A stretch of 64,000 nucleotides of DNA from the human T2T-CHM13v2.0 reference genome, Homo sapiens. The stretch lies in assembly GCF_009914755.1 (NCBI RefSeq), contig NC_060926.1, one strand, 5' to 3'. Both the position numbers and the translations under genes were made by a program. Under the pieces are notes generated by a model that was not told the DNA's origin, did no database searches, and saw only the letters and a program-made list of their open reading frames with translations. Shown piece after piece: positions 38,876 through 63,786 of the stretch; the stretch's first letter is position 1, and every line of letters starts with the position of its first letter.

Positions 38876-41504
38876 TGAGAGAAAAAGGCAGAAATAGCTA
38901 TTTTGTTTTTTTTTTAAAGCAAACAATTACTAAAAGGCAAACAATAACATCCTCTTTATTTACCCTCCAATTCTGCTCCTTTCACAGAGGCAATCACTTT
39001 TAAACCCTTTAACTGTTTCTTCTTCAGCTCCTTATTTAATCAGTCTTTGAGGGTCAGGGAAGACACCTCCAGGACATACCAGGGTTCATGACAGGGAGCT
39101 TTGGATCTGCCCTGGGAGTGCCCTGAGGCTAGAGTGGGCAGTGACCCAGACTCCTCAGCAAGTGGGTTGATTCTGGCTGTGAAATGAGCACCCAGCTCTT
39201 GTTAAAAGCAAACTCTGAGACTGCAGAAGGTCCCCTGTTGTCCTTGGCGTCTGACTTGGTGTTCCCTCAGCCATTAACCACACTCCGAACCTCAGACAGT
39301 TGCCAGGCCTCCCTTCTTCAGCCAGACTTGGGCGGGAAGCCTGCTGAAACTGCAGAATGTGTGGCCAGAGAGGAGCCCTCAGCAAGGCAGGTAACTGTGT
39401 CATCTTGTTGGATGTCAAACTCATTCAAAAACAGATGAACAATGGGAATTCCAGCCTCCAAACTGGCTTCCTCTCTGCCTGCTTCCCAGCGGTGCTGCCA
39501 TACACACCTCTCCTCTCTCCTGGGCAAGGATTTGCCTATCACTCACCACCTCTGCAGTCTTTGAAGTTGTTTTAAAGGACAATGAGAGAATAGGACGGCT
39601 CCCTGCAGGACGTTTTCCAGGTGGTAGCCTAGGTAGAGGAAGGCTTAAGACATCTTTTTGACTCCTTGCCCATTCCCTCTGGCTTCTCTTACTGCTACCT
39701 CACTCATTCTGCCTGAAAAGGAAAAGTTGGAAACAGATGCTAACTCAATCTGGGTCCTCGTTTCCTGGCTGAGCCTGTGTCAGATCTCCTGGGTTGGCCC
39801 TGTCATAAATTAGGCTCTGCATGGGCTTTGGAACAGGCCCTTCTAGATGGTCTTCAGAAGACCCCAACTCTGTTTTGAGTTCAACCCAACATTATCACTG
39901 GTCCAATAGTGGGCCTCTTCCTGGGAGAAGGTGCCTCTCTTTATCAGCTAGCCTTGAACCCTGCTGCATTTCTTCAGTACATGGGCAACAGACAGATGGA
40001 AAGTTTCTCCCACCAGCTCCAGGGTAGTTTTTGTGCATCACTGGCTTCCCACAGTTCTTTCCTTGCTAGCCTATCAGACCCTGTTTTATGCTGACTTTAA
40101 CCATATTAGTTTCCCTGTGGCCTGTGTTCTCTCTCCTCAGTCAGCTTCAGGTACTTCCCCAGGACTAATTCCTGATTCTGGAGAACCTACTGAATACAGC
40201 CGATCTCCATCTCACTATTGCTACATGGTGGCTGCTCCCATGAAAACAACAGCTGGCAGTGGCACACTACTTTTCTATTTAGAAAGCACCATTTAATAGG
40301 ATTTCATTTAATGTGCACCCTAACCTTGTGAAGTAGGTGCTGTTACTCCCTTTTTTCAGATGAAGACCCACCCAGCTAGTAAGGATTGATCTAACTCAGG
40401 CTTTCTGGGGAAAATAAGAAACATGTTTTTTATAGAGCATATCTCTGGAAGGATACAGAATAACTGAATTTCATGGGTGGCCTATCAGTAGAGGAGGACT
40501 GAGTGGCAGGGGACAGGAGTGGCAGGAAGACTTCCTATCATATGCTATTAGGTAAACTACGTTACTGTATTATCCATTTAAAACAAACAAAAATACCTGT
40601 GCCTGCCCTATTTCTTTAGTCTGATCTACTGACTCCTCTGTCCGGGACCAGCTTAATGAGCCACTCAGCTGAGTGCACCAAGAAAACATGACTCTGGAAC
40701 GGGCAGTATTTTTGGTGTAAAATTAAAATACTAGCTCCAGTCTTCCATCACGAGTCCACTTTACGTTATAGACATATCCAATCCCCTTTAGGAGAAAAAA
40801 GAAGTTCTATTTTTATTTTCAAGGCAGGCCAGCGCCCAAGTTGTCTGGGCATGGTACTTCAGCCAGCCCAGTAGGCAGCCAGGACTGTGGGGTCATGAGA
40901 ACTTCCACTCTCAGCCCCGGGAGGACCTGGGCCAATTATACTGCTAGAGGACTTTACAATTTTTTGGCAGGATGGGGCATTTTTCCCTCTATCAGATTCT
41001 TGGTCACATAAAGAATCAAGCTTGAGGGGTTGGGACTTCCAGAAGGACAGAGTCAGGAGCTCAGCTGACCCTCTCCGCAGCAAACAACAATTTGATGAAA
41101 ATTATAAAAAAAAAAAAAACTAAAAATTTCTGAGAATTGTCCCAAGGGGACACAGCAAACAAAGAGACATTCATTCAAGGAAATCTACTAAATCTTAGCA
41201 AGAACAAGGAGAGTCTATGGCATGTGAGACAGGAACAACCTTCTTTACCCCTTGCCCCAGCTTCATGTTCTGGAAGTTCTACCTCAGGAATGATAACGCC
41301 ATGCAAGTAACAGACAAGGAGACCGGGGCCCCCTCTCCTGGAGCGCCCAGTCTGGTCTCCCAGTTTAACCCCAGGAGGGGAGGCTGCCAGTGTTTCTCTC
41401 TCCCTCCCCAGCCCTTGTTGCAGAGGCTCTGTGACAGACAAGTGCGTCAGAGGGGACCAGGTGTCCCTTCCCCTGCTCAGCCTTCATAGGGCAGAAGATC
41501 TACT

Positions 41505-43310
<1,806 letters not shown>

Positions 43311-43374
43311 ATTTTTTTAAAGGAACAACTTTGAATCCAAGCTATGTCTTTCTCTCTTCTCTCTCTCTCGTCTT

Positions 43375-43686
43375 CTTTTTTTTTTTTTTTTTTTTTTCAA
43401 GAGATGATGGGGTCTTGTTCTGTTGCCCAGGCTAGAGTGCAGTGGCATGATCATGGCTCACTGCAGCCTCAACCTCCTGGGCCCAAGTGATCCTCTTGCC
43501 TCACCCTCCCGAGGAGCTGGGACTATAGGCATGGACCACCACGCCCCACTAATTTCAGTATTTTTTGTAGAGATAGGATTTCACCGTGTTGTCCAGGCTG
43601 GTCTCAAACTCCTGGGCTTAAGTGAGCCTCCTGCCTTGGCCTCCCAAAATGCTGGAATTACAGTGGTGAGCTACCCCACCTGGCCT
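43375..43686 (-). mobile_element. Alu (AluJ-like)
   Basis: Poly(T) followed by an antisense dimer. Confidence 0.88.
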
Positions 43687-43861
43687 CTCTCTTTTTAGAA
43701 CTTTTTATTTCGAAACAGTTTCAAGGTCACAGAAAGTTGCAAGCTTCACCTCTTACTGACATTTTGCCTCTTTTTTAAGGACAAATTCCATCAGCTTTGG
43801 GCTGATGCATTCACTGGCTTTTTTGTAGTCATGTATTTCAGATTGTGTTGCTTACTCTACC

Positions 43862-44048
43862 CCAGTGGTTCCCAAACAGGACATCTGGCAATGTTGGGAG
43901 ATATTTTTGGGTGGGAGTGGCACCTCCCTGCACCTAGTGAGTAGGAGCCAGAGATGTTGCTAAACACCCTACAATATGGAGGACAGCACTCTCAGCACAA
44001 AATTATCTGGACCAAAATGCTAATAGTGCTAAGTCTCAGAAACCTGCT
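43862..44048. mobile_element. MER20-like hAT MITE
   Basis: CAGTGGTTCCCAAAC...GACATCTGGCAATGT...GATGTTGCTAAACACCCTACAAT...AATTATCTGGACCAAAATGCTAATAGTGCT...GAAACCTG. Confidence 0.72.
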
Positions 44049-45154
44049 CTATGCACTATATTTATCAAAAAGAGAAGTATTGCCAGTCGTGGTGGCATGC
44101 ACCTGTAGTCCCAGCTACGTGGGAGGCTGAGGCAGGGGATCCCTGGGATCTAGACAAGGCTTTTCAGAGCTGGAGTTTGAGGCAACATAGCAAGACCCCG
44201 TCTCTAAAAAAAAATAAATTAGAGAAGTATAGTCTAATTAAACAGATTGGGGATTTTACTCAAAGATTAGGGTTTTGGAACATGTGGAGTGTTATCTGCT
44301 GTGATTTATTTATTAGTTTGTCTTTCAGTCAGCTCTCCTACCCTGAACATTGCCTCTTCCCTGAGGGGCTGGGCTTAAAGCGCTACAGCATCTGAGTACT
44401 AATGGGCACTTAAGCATTAGGAAAAGATGATAGGGCAGCAGCTAGGAAGTCAGGCAGCAGCATTAACATGGCCCAGGAAGTCAGTGGCTTGGGAGATCTG
44501 GTCCCGGTTTGAGGCAGCCCTGTCACAGCACTGGAATAAACCACAATCACAGAAGTTAAAGAACTCAAAGGGACATTTCACATGTGACGTTTTGTTACTG
44601 TGTTTCCCTCAAAAATGGTAGTAGTATGGCCATTTCCAGAGGCTGAACAGCTGAAGGGATGACTGCATGCTAGAATATCTCTACCTGCAACTAGCCAAGG
44701 CTTTTCAGAGCTGCATCGCCACCTTACCTGGTGAATATGCCTCTCCCAACTCTGCATAGTGGGCCTATGCAGGGTTTCTGTGGCCTCCAAGGAGATGGTA
44801 ACCACAGAGGGAATCTTGGCTCTTCCAAAAGGCCTTCGCATAGGAAGTCGAAGCTTTCACCCACCATTAGATAGATGTATGTGTCATGACAGGCCTTGGG
44901 TGGGTAGAGGGGGGCACTGGTCAGGAACCCCTGAATCCTTTATTTCTGCAAATTTCCAGAAGGTCTAAGAATAGTATCCTGCTCAGAGAAGGCACTCAAC
45001 AATTTTCAGCAAATATTTGAGTCTCTACTATGTTCCAGGAATTGTATGAGGACACAGTAGTAGACAAGAGAGACAAGGCCCCTACCCTCAGATAGCATAT
45101 ATTAACAGGAGTACCTCAATATATATTTATTCATCAGTTGATTTAGCTGTCTCA

Positions 45155-45510
45155 GCTCTTAGTGGCTTAAACTGCATTTATTTATTTATTTATTTATTTT
45201 AGTTCTGGAGTCTGGGAAATCCAAGATCAAGGTGCCAGCTGATTTAATTCCTGGTGAAGGCTCTCTTTCTGGTTTGCAGACAGTGGCTTTCTCACTGTGT
45301 CCTCACATGGCAGAGAGGGAGAGGGAAAGAGAGAGATCTGACTTCTCTTCTTCTTCTTATAAGGACACTAATCCCATTAGGAGGGCTTCACCCTCATGAC
45401 CTCATCTAAATCTAATTACCTCCCAAGGTGCTGCCTCCAAATACCAGCACATTGGGGGTTGGGGCTTCAACATATGAATTTAGGGGGAGGGACACAATTT
45501 AGCCATAGCA
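45155..45510 (-). mobile_element. MaLR LTR (MLT1A-like)
   Basis: AGTTCTGGAGTCTGGGAAATCCAAGATCAAGGTGCCAGC...CTTATAAGGACACTAATCCCAT...GGGCTTCAACATATGAATTT. Confidence 0.85.
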
Positions 45511-47119
45511 CTGGCTTTATCACATCTTTGCAAGTTGTCTTCAGAATGTTTTTGAGATGAATAATGTTTGTGTGTGGGAGTAACAGAAGAGCCATCTGTA
45601 TTGTTTTCTAGAAGGGGTGATAGCTATCAACTGGAGTCTTAAGACTACTGGAAAATCCTTCTTAAGATGTTTAAGTGGATAAGCCACTAAGAGCTTAGTA
45701 ATTGAGAAGCAAGGAAACAGTGAAATGGAAAATACGGGAGTATAAATTGAACTTTGAAGACATCATATTAGAGAAGTCAGAAGACGGCTTTCTAAAAGAG
45801 TGTTGTTGCATTTGAGTAATAGAAGCTAAGAGCCAGGCATGGTGGTGCACCCTGTAGTCCCAGGAGACTGGGCTTAAGGGATCTCCCAGGGGGCTGCAGT
45901 GAGCTATGATCATGCCACTACTCCCCAGCCTGAGTGACACAGCAAGACCCTCTCTCTCTTGCTCTCTTTTCTTTTATTTTTAATAAGAAAGCTAAGCATA
46001 TTCTTTAAAGTACGATCATTGCAGATGATAAATGCACATTTGGCCATGTCTATTTTTCTGCTCCTTTTAACTAGTTTTAGTTTTGTTTTCCTTTTTCTTG
46101 TCCTGTTTTATAGAGGAAAATATTTCAATTTTTAAATGTCTTCAAAGCTTTTTTGGAGTAGGGTAGGGTATAAAAAAATACTTAAAAACAATCAGACTAG
46201 TATGTGAACAATAGATGTCCCCTGGGGTGAAAGGCAGGAACAGCTAGGGTGGAGAAAGGTATGCTGGGAAGGACAGAAAGTCTCCTGATAGCATTATTCC
46301 TCTACGTGGTTCTGAGCACAGTGTTCTGTGTCATTCCAGACAAAACTGACCTTTAACTAAAGAGTTCTTTTTTAAAAACCAAGTACTTTTGATACATCAA
46401 GGCCCTCTGCTCCTTAGATAACGGAGATCCCTTAATTGGACAGTAATATGGTTTAATCCATATTCACAACTTTCAGGAAAAGGAACGTATTGTCTTAGGC
46501 TTGATACAATAGATCAAAGTGGAAGAAAATGAGATAGACTTGGGCGACAAACTAGAAATCTCCTTGAACACAATCCACTGGGGAGGGGTAGGGTGCTGTT
46601 CTCTCAGGTTGAAAATCAGTTCCATTTTGCCACAGGTGGGCAAGGGCCTTTGTTAGCTTTGCCCTGCTTCTTTACAAAACACAGGCAGAATCTGAACCCC
46701 TTTTTGGAGACCCAGAGAGTAAATACCCTTCCTTTCACCTGAAGCTTCAAACGGCTGACTTTGAGCCTCTGCTGGATCCAGACAGTAATTTCCTTCTTTA
46801 ATGCTTCCATAAAGTTGGTTTTTCCCTCTGAGCTAGGTGGTCCACAGAGAAGCTTTCCCTGACACAGCTTCCTGTTAGGGGTGACCGGGGTCATCATCCA
46901 AAACGCATCCTGACTGCTGAGCCTGCAGGCTCTTAGGGCTGGAGAAATGGGCTCCCTCTCATGCTCTAGTCCTGCCTCTCCAGTCCCTCACATACAAGAG
47001 CTGGGTGTCCTCCATGCTCAGAAAGCCTTTCTTGGAGCCAGGCACACAGGAAATGTTAGCTAGTTAGCATTGGCTCTAATACTTTAATGTGTATATAGCT
47101 TTCCAAAAGAAAGTATGAA

Positions 47120-50960
<3,841 letters not shown>

Positions 50961-51362
50961 AAAAGGAATGAGTGAGGGTTGTGGTTTGCCTGGGCCAGGG
51001 TGGGGATGATGCCATTGCACTTTCTCCTTTTCTTCACTGCATCTCCCTGAAACCCCTGGTGCAGCAGCTGCTTGGAAGATCCTCTGCTGAGATGGTCTAA
51101 AGACCTGGGGACACGGTGGAAAATTCACTATCATCACTTCTTTCCAGAAGGAGTGATTTGTACCTCTCTTCCTAAGTTCCCAATTTGGTTTCCCATTCTA
51201 GCTCATGCAGGCTTTTATTTATTTATTTGTTTTTAATTTATTTTTCAACTGTTATTTCAGGTTCAGGGGTACATGTGCAGGTTTGTTACATGGATAAATT
51301 GCATGTCACTGGAGTTTGGGGTACAAATAATCTCATCCCCCAGATAGTGAGCATGGTACTAG

Positions 51363-51548
<186 letters not shown>

Positions 51549-51920
51549 TAGTAGAAACGGGTTTTCTCCATGTTGGCCAGGCTGGTCTCGAACTCCCAAC
51601 CTCAGGTGATCTGCCTGCCTCAGCCTCTCAAAGTGCTGCTATTACAGGCATGGGTCACCGCGCCCGGAGACAGGTGCTTTTTCAACCCTCCCCCTCCTTT
51701 CACCCTCCACCCTCAAGTAGACCCAGTGTCTGTCATTCCCCTCTTTGTGTCCACATGCACTCAATGTTTAGCTCCGCCTTTAAGTGAGAACATGTGGTAT
51801 TTGGTTTTCTATTCCTGTTGTTAGATATGAGTTCTAAATTTCTTTTCAAAACATTAATATGTCAATGTGTTCAATTCTTTGCCTTCTACTTTTAAAATTC
51901 CTCCTAAAGCAACCTTTTTC

Positions 51921-52146
51921 AATTACCTACTCCACCGTAACTCATCCCGATTACCTACTCCACCCTGACTCTTTCTAATCACCTACTCCACCCTAACTCA
52001 TTCCAATCACCTGCTCCACGCTAACTCATTCTGATCACCTGCTCCACCCTAACTCATTCTGATCACCTGCTCCATCCTGACTCACTCTGATCATCTGCTT
52101 CACCCTAACTCATTCCAATTACCTGCTACCTGCTGTGCCCTGACTC
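51921..52146 (+). repeat. 28-bp tandem repeat inside LTR10 (7 full units plus 1 partial)
   Basis: Unit approximately RATYACCTRCTCCACCCTRACTCATTCY, starting at 51921, 51949, 51977, 52005, 52033, 52061, 52089 and 52117. Confidence 0.93.
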
Positions 52147-52355
52147 TGGCCAAAACACTAACCCCGTCGTTCTCTTTAAATTAGCCAATCAAAATAAGTT
52201 TAGCCTGTACAGTCTAACCCTAGCCAATAAAAAAAGACACAACAACAAAAGCCATGTGCATCAAAAATAACCCCTTCCCCTCCGTTATCCAAGTTTGCAC
52301 TCACCGTTGTTCCATCTATAAAGACGCACCCTTCTGTATAAAAATACCTTGCCTT

Positions 52356-55750
<3,395 letters not shown>

Positions 55751-56392
55751 AGGCACTTATAACTTCTGTATATTTATTCCAATTTCATGTGAATCTATAA
55801 TTATTTCAAAGTAAAACCTTATGAAGAAAGTATGTATTAGGGGAGCCATGTATGGTGATGACTCAACTGTTATACTTACCCTCAAGTAGCTTAATTTAGT
55901 GGAGAAAGATATAAACAGAGTGATGCAGAAGATGGGACGAAGAGATGGCTGGCTGCTGCAAAGATGAGAGAAAACACTAAGCGATATCCAGGAAAGCCAC
56001 GAAGGCACAATCAAGGGCTTATTTGAATTGAAGAGTGATGCTTTTTATCTCCTTTTTTTCTTTCTTCCTGATATCTCCTTCTAGATGAAAAGTGATGCTT
56101 TTATCATGAGAGTTCCATACTCAGAGGCCCAGCCTCTAGGGAGGCTGTCACTTATTTCTCCTCAGATCTTTAGAGACCACAGCTGAAGCCGTTTGAGACA
56201 GGGATGGACCTACATTCTGATTAAGGCCAATGTTCCTAGCTGAGGGCTTTTCTCTGTAGCTCAAAATATTCAAAGTCACCCCATCTCGTACCAAGTCACT
56301 TACGTGTTCTAAATGTACAGACTGACTTCCTTCACAAAAGAGAGCAAGAATGGTATTTAAACAGCAAGGGAAAACTGTAGAAAATTTGTTTG

Positions 56393-57864
<1,472 letters not shown>

Positions 57865-59692
57865 TTACTCCATCTACCCCCTAGCAACATCTCAGACATT
57901 GCTTATGGCTCCCTCTTTTCTGTCTAACCTGGATTGTTCAGATCTCAAATTCTCCAAGCATATTTCATTTTCTGCACTTTGTAGGCTCAGGGCTTACACA
58001 GACCTCAGGCAGTATGACTGGAGCAAAGCCATCAATCCCTTGTGCCATCAGGACTACAGGGACACATTCAGAAACAACACCAACAGGGTGATGATTGCTT
58101 AGCCTGAGCGACACCCCAAAGAGATCACTCTGGGCCAAAGAGACGAGATGGTCTGGAACAAGGCCTTGTTGCCAAGCAACCCCAGAGGGGATGAAATTAA
58201 CGCAGTCTGTTTTTCATGTAACTGCATCTCAAATGAAAGCTGAGGCCAGAGTTGATCCTATGCAAAATTAATAATTACCATATGATTCTTTCTTTTAAAT
58301 GGCTGTTGCCAAAAGACCGAGGACTAAAGAAACCAGTATATCCTTTATTTAAAAGGGATAAGGGAAAAGGAAAAAAAAAAGAACAAATATATTCAGATCC
58401 TGTGTTTTTCCATTTGCGTCTTAGGTAGGAAATCAGACATTGCTATCTTAGACTGCTGTTGAATCTGCCTGGTGGGAAACCTGCTTTGAAAGCAGATCCC
58501 AAGCAGACAAGATAATATGTACCAAAGGGCTGAGAAAAGATATTTTTTAGGGAAAGGAAAAAGCTTAGGATCATTTGAGACCCTTTAAATGTCCTTTCTA
58601 GAAGATCTAAAATGTACTTTTCCCCATTAGTACATTTAGAGAGGGCAAATTGTTGTAAAAATAAAAATAACCCTACTGCTTCCACTCCACTCTCCCTAAC
58701 CTCATACTTAAAGGCTGAAAAGGCACAGGTTGAGATACCAAGTAACCCTTGCTTCTTGAGAGCTTATTAATATTTCTAAAAATGCAAAAGTGAGATAGAA
58801 AAGAAGATTCTACTCCCACCCGCTTTTGCTGCGTTGATTTGGGTAAATTAACTGTGTGGTCAGAGCAGAGCGATGGCCTTTCTCACCAAGAGAAAATTTT
58901 TGATTATTATTTTGTGGTTGTGCAATAAAACATAATTCAAAACAAAGCATTTTTTAGCCAAAGAAACTATTTTTTTCTGAAAAGGAAAACTTTCTTGCCT
59001 AATGGAAGGTTGGATCCAGACTTTGTTCTGGGGAAAGTGGCCACCAAGTTCAGTGACTTCCTCTTAACATTTATGCAATGAAATTATTGGCATTGAGGGA
59101 TGACTCCCTTCCCTCCCTCCTGCCACCTCACCACCCTCACCTCATACTGGGCCATCAGACTGGCAAATATCCTCCCAGCCAGCTTTCCCCTGTGAAGCTG
59201 TATTTGCTGATAGGGTTGAGCAGAGCATACCAGTACATAGAGAAAACCAGAGAGCAAAAGGAGCATGCTTGATTTGGGGGACCTCTTATCATTCAAAGTC
59301 TCAGCAAGAAACAGATGGTACAGTCAAATTGGGTGGGGAAAGGGTGTTATGATGGGCTGGTAACATGGGTTGGGAGTCATTACCATGTCTAGGCCTGAAA
59401 AAATGAGAGAATTGGGAGGCAGAGGGGTTGTATGGAGAGGGCTGCCTCACAACAATGTCAGGCTCAGGGGGAACGAATATCCCAGTGTCACTTGCCTTCT
59501 TCCCTCTGATGTCTGGCTAGGACTCCTCATTTGGCTGAACCCCACCAGAAGTCAGAGGACAGGGAAGCCCTTTAAGGTAGTACCCCCAGAGCAGCCTCCC
59601 AGGGCAGGGAACAGCAGGGAGATGGTGACACACAGAAGATGGCCAACACTGAACCTTAAATAATCTTTTTGGTTCCCAGTCTATTCAATCAC

Positions 59693-59916
59693 TCAGCCAG
59701 CACTTATTGATCACCAAGCTATTTGATCAACCAGTACTATTGATCACCAAGCTATTGATCAGCCAATACTTATGGATCACCAACCTATTGATCAGCCAGC
59801 ACTTACTGATCACCAAGCTATTTGATCAGCCAGCACTTATTGATCACCAAGCTATTGATCAGCCAGGACTTATTGATCACCAAGCTATTGATCACCCAGC
59901 ACTTACTGATCACCAG
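59693..59916. repeat. ~33-bp minisatellite, ~6.7 copies
   Basis: Consensus TCAGCCAGCACTTATTGATCACCAAGCTATTGA. Units start at 59693, 59727, 59759, 59792, 59826, 59859 and 59892. Confidence 0.95.
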
Positions 59917-62018
59917 ACAGGCACTGAACTAGGAGATACAGTGGTAAAAATGCAGCCCTCATGGCTCACAATTCTTGTGGCTGCGTCAGGCCCCAGCAAG
60001 CTTCAAACCATATCCAGACTGAAGGTGTAAGATCACAGCTCTCCAGCTTGTACTGTAGTTATCGCATGACTTCTCTTATCTTCTTTCTGCCTGTCAGGAA
60101 GGACTATGGTCTCTGGTTACACTTATTAGTGGTGATAATGGTGACATGTACTTGTTGGCGTACGTTAAGGTGTGAATATTGAAAGGGTGCATATACAGAA
60201 GAACCCAGAAAAAGAAAAACACTGGGTCTCAGGAAAGGCAGGAATGGTGGTAAAGCCAGGTCACAGGAGTTTCTCTCCAGCACTTGGCCCTTCATGTGAC
60301 CCAGCTGCTACCCATGCATCTGACCCTCTGCCTCCTCCACATACACCCAGCTTCCGGCTGCAATTTCCATAAATGTGGCCCAGCTCATCTATCCATGCCA
60401 GCCTCATTTGAGCTCACTACCTAGTCTATGTGGGGTGGTCCTTGAGCTGGCCCCCTTGGTCCTGGCCCAATCAGTGGCCATTCCTGGGCGTAGAATAGTT
60501 TGGTGCTATCTCTGAGCAGGGGGCTATAGATGGGGTAGTTTCCCCCCTCTGTAGGAGATACTGGGCATGGCAGAGCCCAAAGCTGACATGCTCAGAGCCC
60601 CCTACTAGGAGATGATAAGCTCCTGGAGGCCAGGGACCTAGGACTTACACTGGTTTTCCAGTAGCATATGGCATCATTTCATGGAATTCAGCCACTCAGT
60701 TGACATTAAATTAGACTGGGCAAAATAACCCCAAAGCTAAAAATTGGATACCTCAATCACATCTGTCATAGGAATCTTTTAAAGCACCAAGACACTTGAC
60801 ATTTGTTGAGAAGGACATTGTTGATCCATAGGCAGAGAAGCCAACCTGTGTTTGGGATGACAAGGAGACAGGCTGGCAAGGTGCACATCCTGCTGGGGAC
60901 AATGGCTCCTTTCTCCTGAAATGCCTCCCAGCTCTGTGTGGCCAAGCCAAGGTGAGGCAAAGCTGAATTTCTTGCCCTAAGAAACAGCAGCAGGAGAGTA
61001 AGGGAGGTGCTGCCTTTGTACTATGGTGACCTGCTTATTCTGTTTCAGTGACACAAGCTCATTGACATTGCATGGAGAGAATGATGTCATCGATTCTTCC
61101 CAGAGCCAAGCTGGCCTTTCTGGTGGTGCACATGGTACTCCAGTACTGTGTACCACAGAGATGTTTTCCTCCTGGCTGGATGTGGGGAATTGAATTCCTT
61201 TGGCTGAAAATGAGCTATGAACCATAGTAAAAGCTGCTAGTAGGAAGGCCTTTGGACTTTTCTGGCTTAGAATTTCTGAGGAGTTCCATGGCAGTTTTCC
61301 AAATCAAATTCTTAAGTCCAGAGACTTAGCTGGAGAGCATCTTGAAGGTTCTCCATGAACGGTAGGCGCTGACCCCTGGGGGAGGGGAAGGTTTTAATTA
61401 ACTTTGTCGGAGAAAGTTGCCAAGCACTCTTCAGCTGTTTTGGAATGTTGTATTCCAAGTTGTAGAGGTTATGACTTTCTCTTTCTGGAACCCAAAAGCG
61501 ACTTGTGGAAGCAAAATGAGAACAGCTTTTGGCCTCCGACACCACAATGCATCAGCCAGACCTGGATGTTGCCACTAAACTGAGGAAAAACTGTCTCTGG
61601 TGTCTCCTTATGGCCAGAATGGCATGTTCGACTTTAGACTTGAAGACTTGGCAGTTTCGGAGCACCTTGTTGACCCTCTGCTAGGGTCTGGGTCTTCTCC
61701 CAGCGCCTGGGAATTTGAGAGACAGCCAGCTAATGGAATGGCCAACTGTGCAGTGCTGGGTACCAGGAGAGGGGAAATGGTGGCTCTTTGGTACTGTGAG
61801 GCCTGACATCTTGGAACAGACGGCACCTGTTGGGACTAATGTATCTAAGAATGTCAAGGAAAAGCATGTGAGAACTTTTCTCAATTGAAAGGATGTGCTG
61901 AATCTTTTCAAGAATGGGCATCCCATTCTCCCATTCAGGAAAGACTGAGCCCCTTTTGTCCAGCAGGCACCATGGTGGGTGTTAGAAGCTAGAGCAGTGA
62001 ATCAGTCACACATTTTAA

Positions 62019-62398
<380 letters not shown>

Positions 62399-62814
62399 TA
62401 CAAATGGTTCTTTCAAAGTCCCCTGGCTTCACCCCATCCTTCAGTGTCCATTTTTCATCTCCTTCCCCACTTTGGTCTCCTATCTCACCAGATTAAGGAA
62501 AATGCAATGTCTTCCCTATGCAATTGCTGCTTTGCACGGAAAATCACCTTTAAGCCAAACCAATAATCTACAAACCAAAAGAAAACAAGAGGGGAAGGGA
62601 CGAATAACTGATTTCCCTGCGAGCCCTACCTAGTTTTCATCTGGCACATTCTGCTTCTAAGTGGTTGCTGGTCACACTGGCAGATAGCCTGTTTCTCCTT
62701 AACTCTTCCTCCTCAACCACCTACTCTCTCATTAAAGAAAAAATTAAGAAAGTTTCCTGATTATAAAAATGATAAATACATTTGGAAAAGAGAACACATT
62801 GTCCCACCCCCGCT

Positions 62815-63267
62815 ACATTTTTGGTTTTCTTTTGTTTTGTTTTTTAGAGACATGGTCTCACTCTGTTGCCCAGGGTGGAGTGCAGTGGCATGATCATGGC
62901 TCACTGCAGACTCAACTCCTGGGCTCCCTACGACGATTAAAAAATGACTTTCAGGCCAGGGATGGTGCTTGTGCCTGAAAAATCAAAATTTTCAGTGCTT
63001 TTGGAGGCTAAGGCAGGAAAATTGCTTGAGCCCAGGAGTTTGAGACCAGCCTAGGCAACTTAGCAAGACTCTGTCTTTACAAAAAAATTAAAGAATTAAG
63101 TGGGCATCTTGGCATGTGCCTGTAGTCCTAGCTACTTAGGAGGCTGAGGCGGGAGGATGATTTGAGCGCAGGAGTTTGAGACTGCAGTGAGCCACGATCA
63201 TGCCACTGTACTCCAGCCTGGGTGACAAAACAAGAGTCTGTCTCTAAAAAAAAAAAAAAAAAAAAAT
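62815..63267. mobile_element. Antisense Alu fragment (62815-62928) and sense AluJ-like element (62954-63267)
   Basis: Alu consensus matches. Confidence 0.85.
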
Positions 63268-63786
63268 GTAGGGTGGCTTTCTGAAGCCATGCTTGGCCCT
63301 TCCCTCTCAGGGGTTTCCAGAGGAGGCAGATGAGCAACGTTGATCTCTGACCCTCAACTCCATTGTTCACCTGCTGCCATGCAAAGTGCCTCAACCGCAG
63401 GGTTTGTAACTTCGTGCAGATTATCACAGCTGCCCAGATGTTCATTTTAACTGAATTTCACTCATATAAAAGTGAAGGAAATGGGCAGGAAATGAGGAGA
63501 GGGGCCCAGTAGTGAGATTGTATTTTTATAATGGAAATAGCACCAGCCTGGGGGCCGAGCTGTCAATTTGAGTTCAACCTTTACCAATGACTAGCTGTTC
63601 CTTACACAAGTCCCCAGCCTCTATAAGTGTTTACTTTATCATTTGTGAAATAATACAATTGATTTTATTATCTCTAAGGTTCTTTAAGTTGCTCTGTCAT
63701 AGAGTTTAAGAATAAAATGTGAGAGCTAGGCTGGGCTTGGTGGCTCATGCCTGTAATCCTGGCACTTTGGGAGGCTAAGAAAGAAA

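Noticed and set aside
51921-52146. Regular 28-bp repeats as a CRISPR-like array
   Set aside because: The units are contiguous with no unique spacers and no cas genes. It is the internal VNTR of an LTR10.
59707-60030. 107-aa ORF with repeated LLITKL/IDHQA motifs
   Set aside because: It results from a ~33-bp minisatellite, starts at TTG, and its repeat phase shifts with unit indels.
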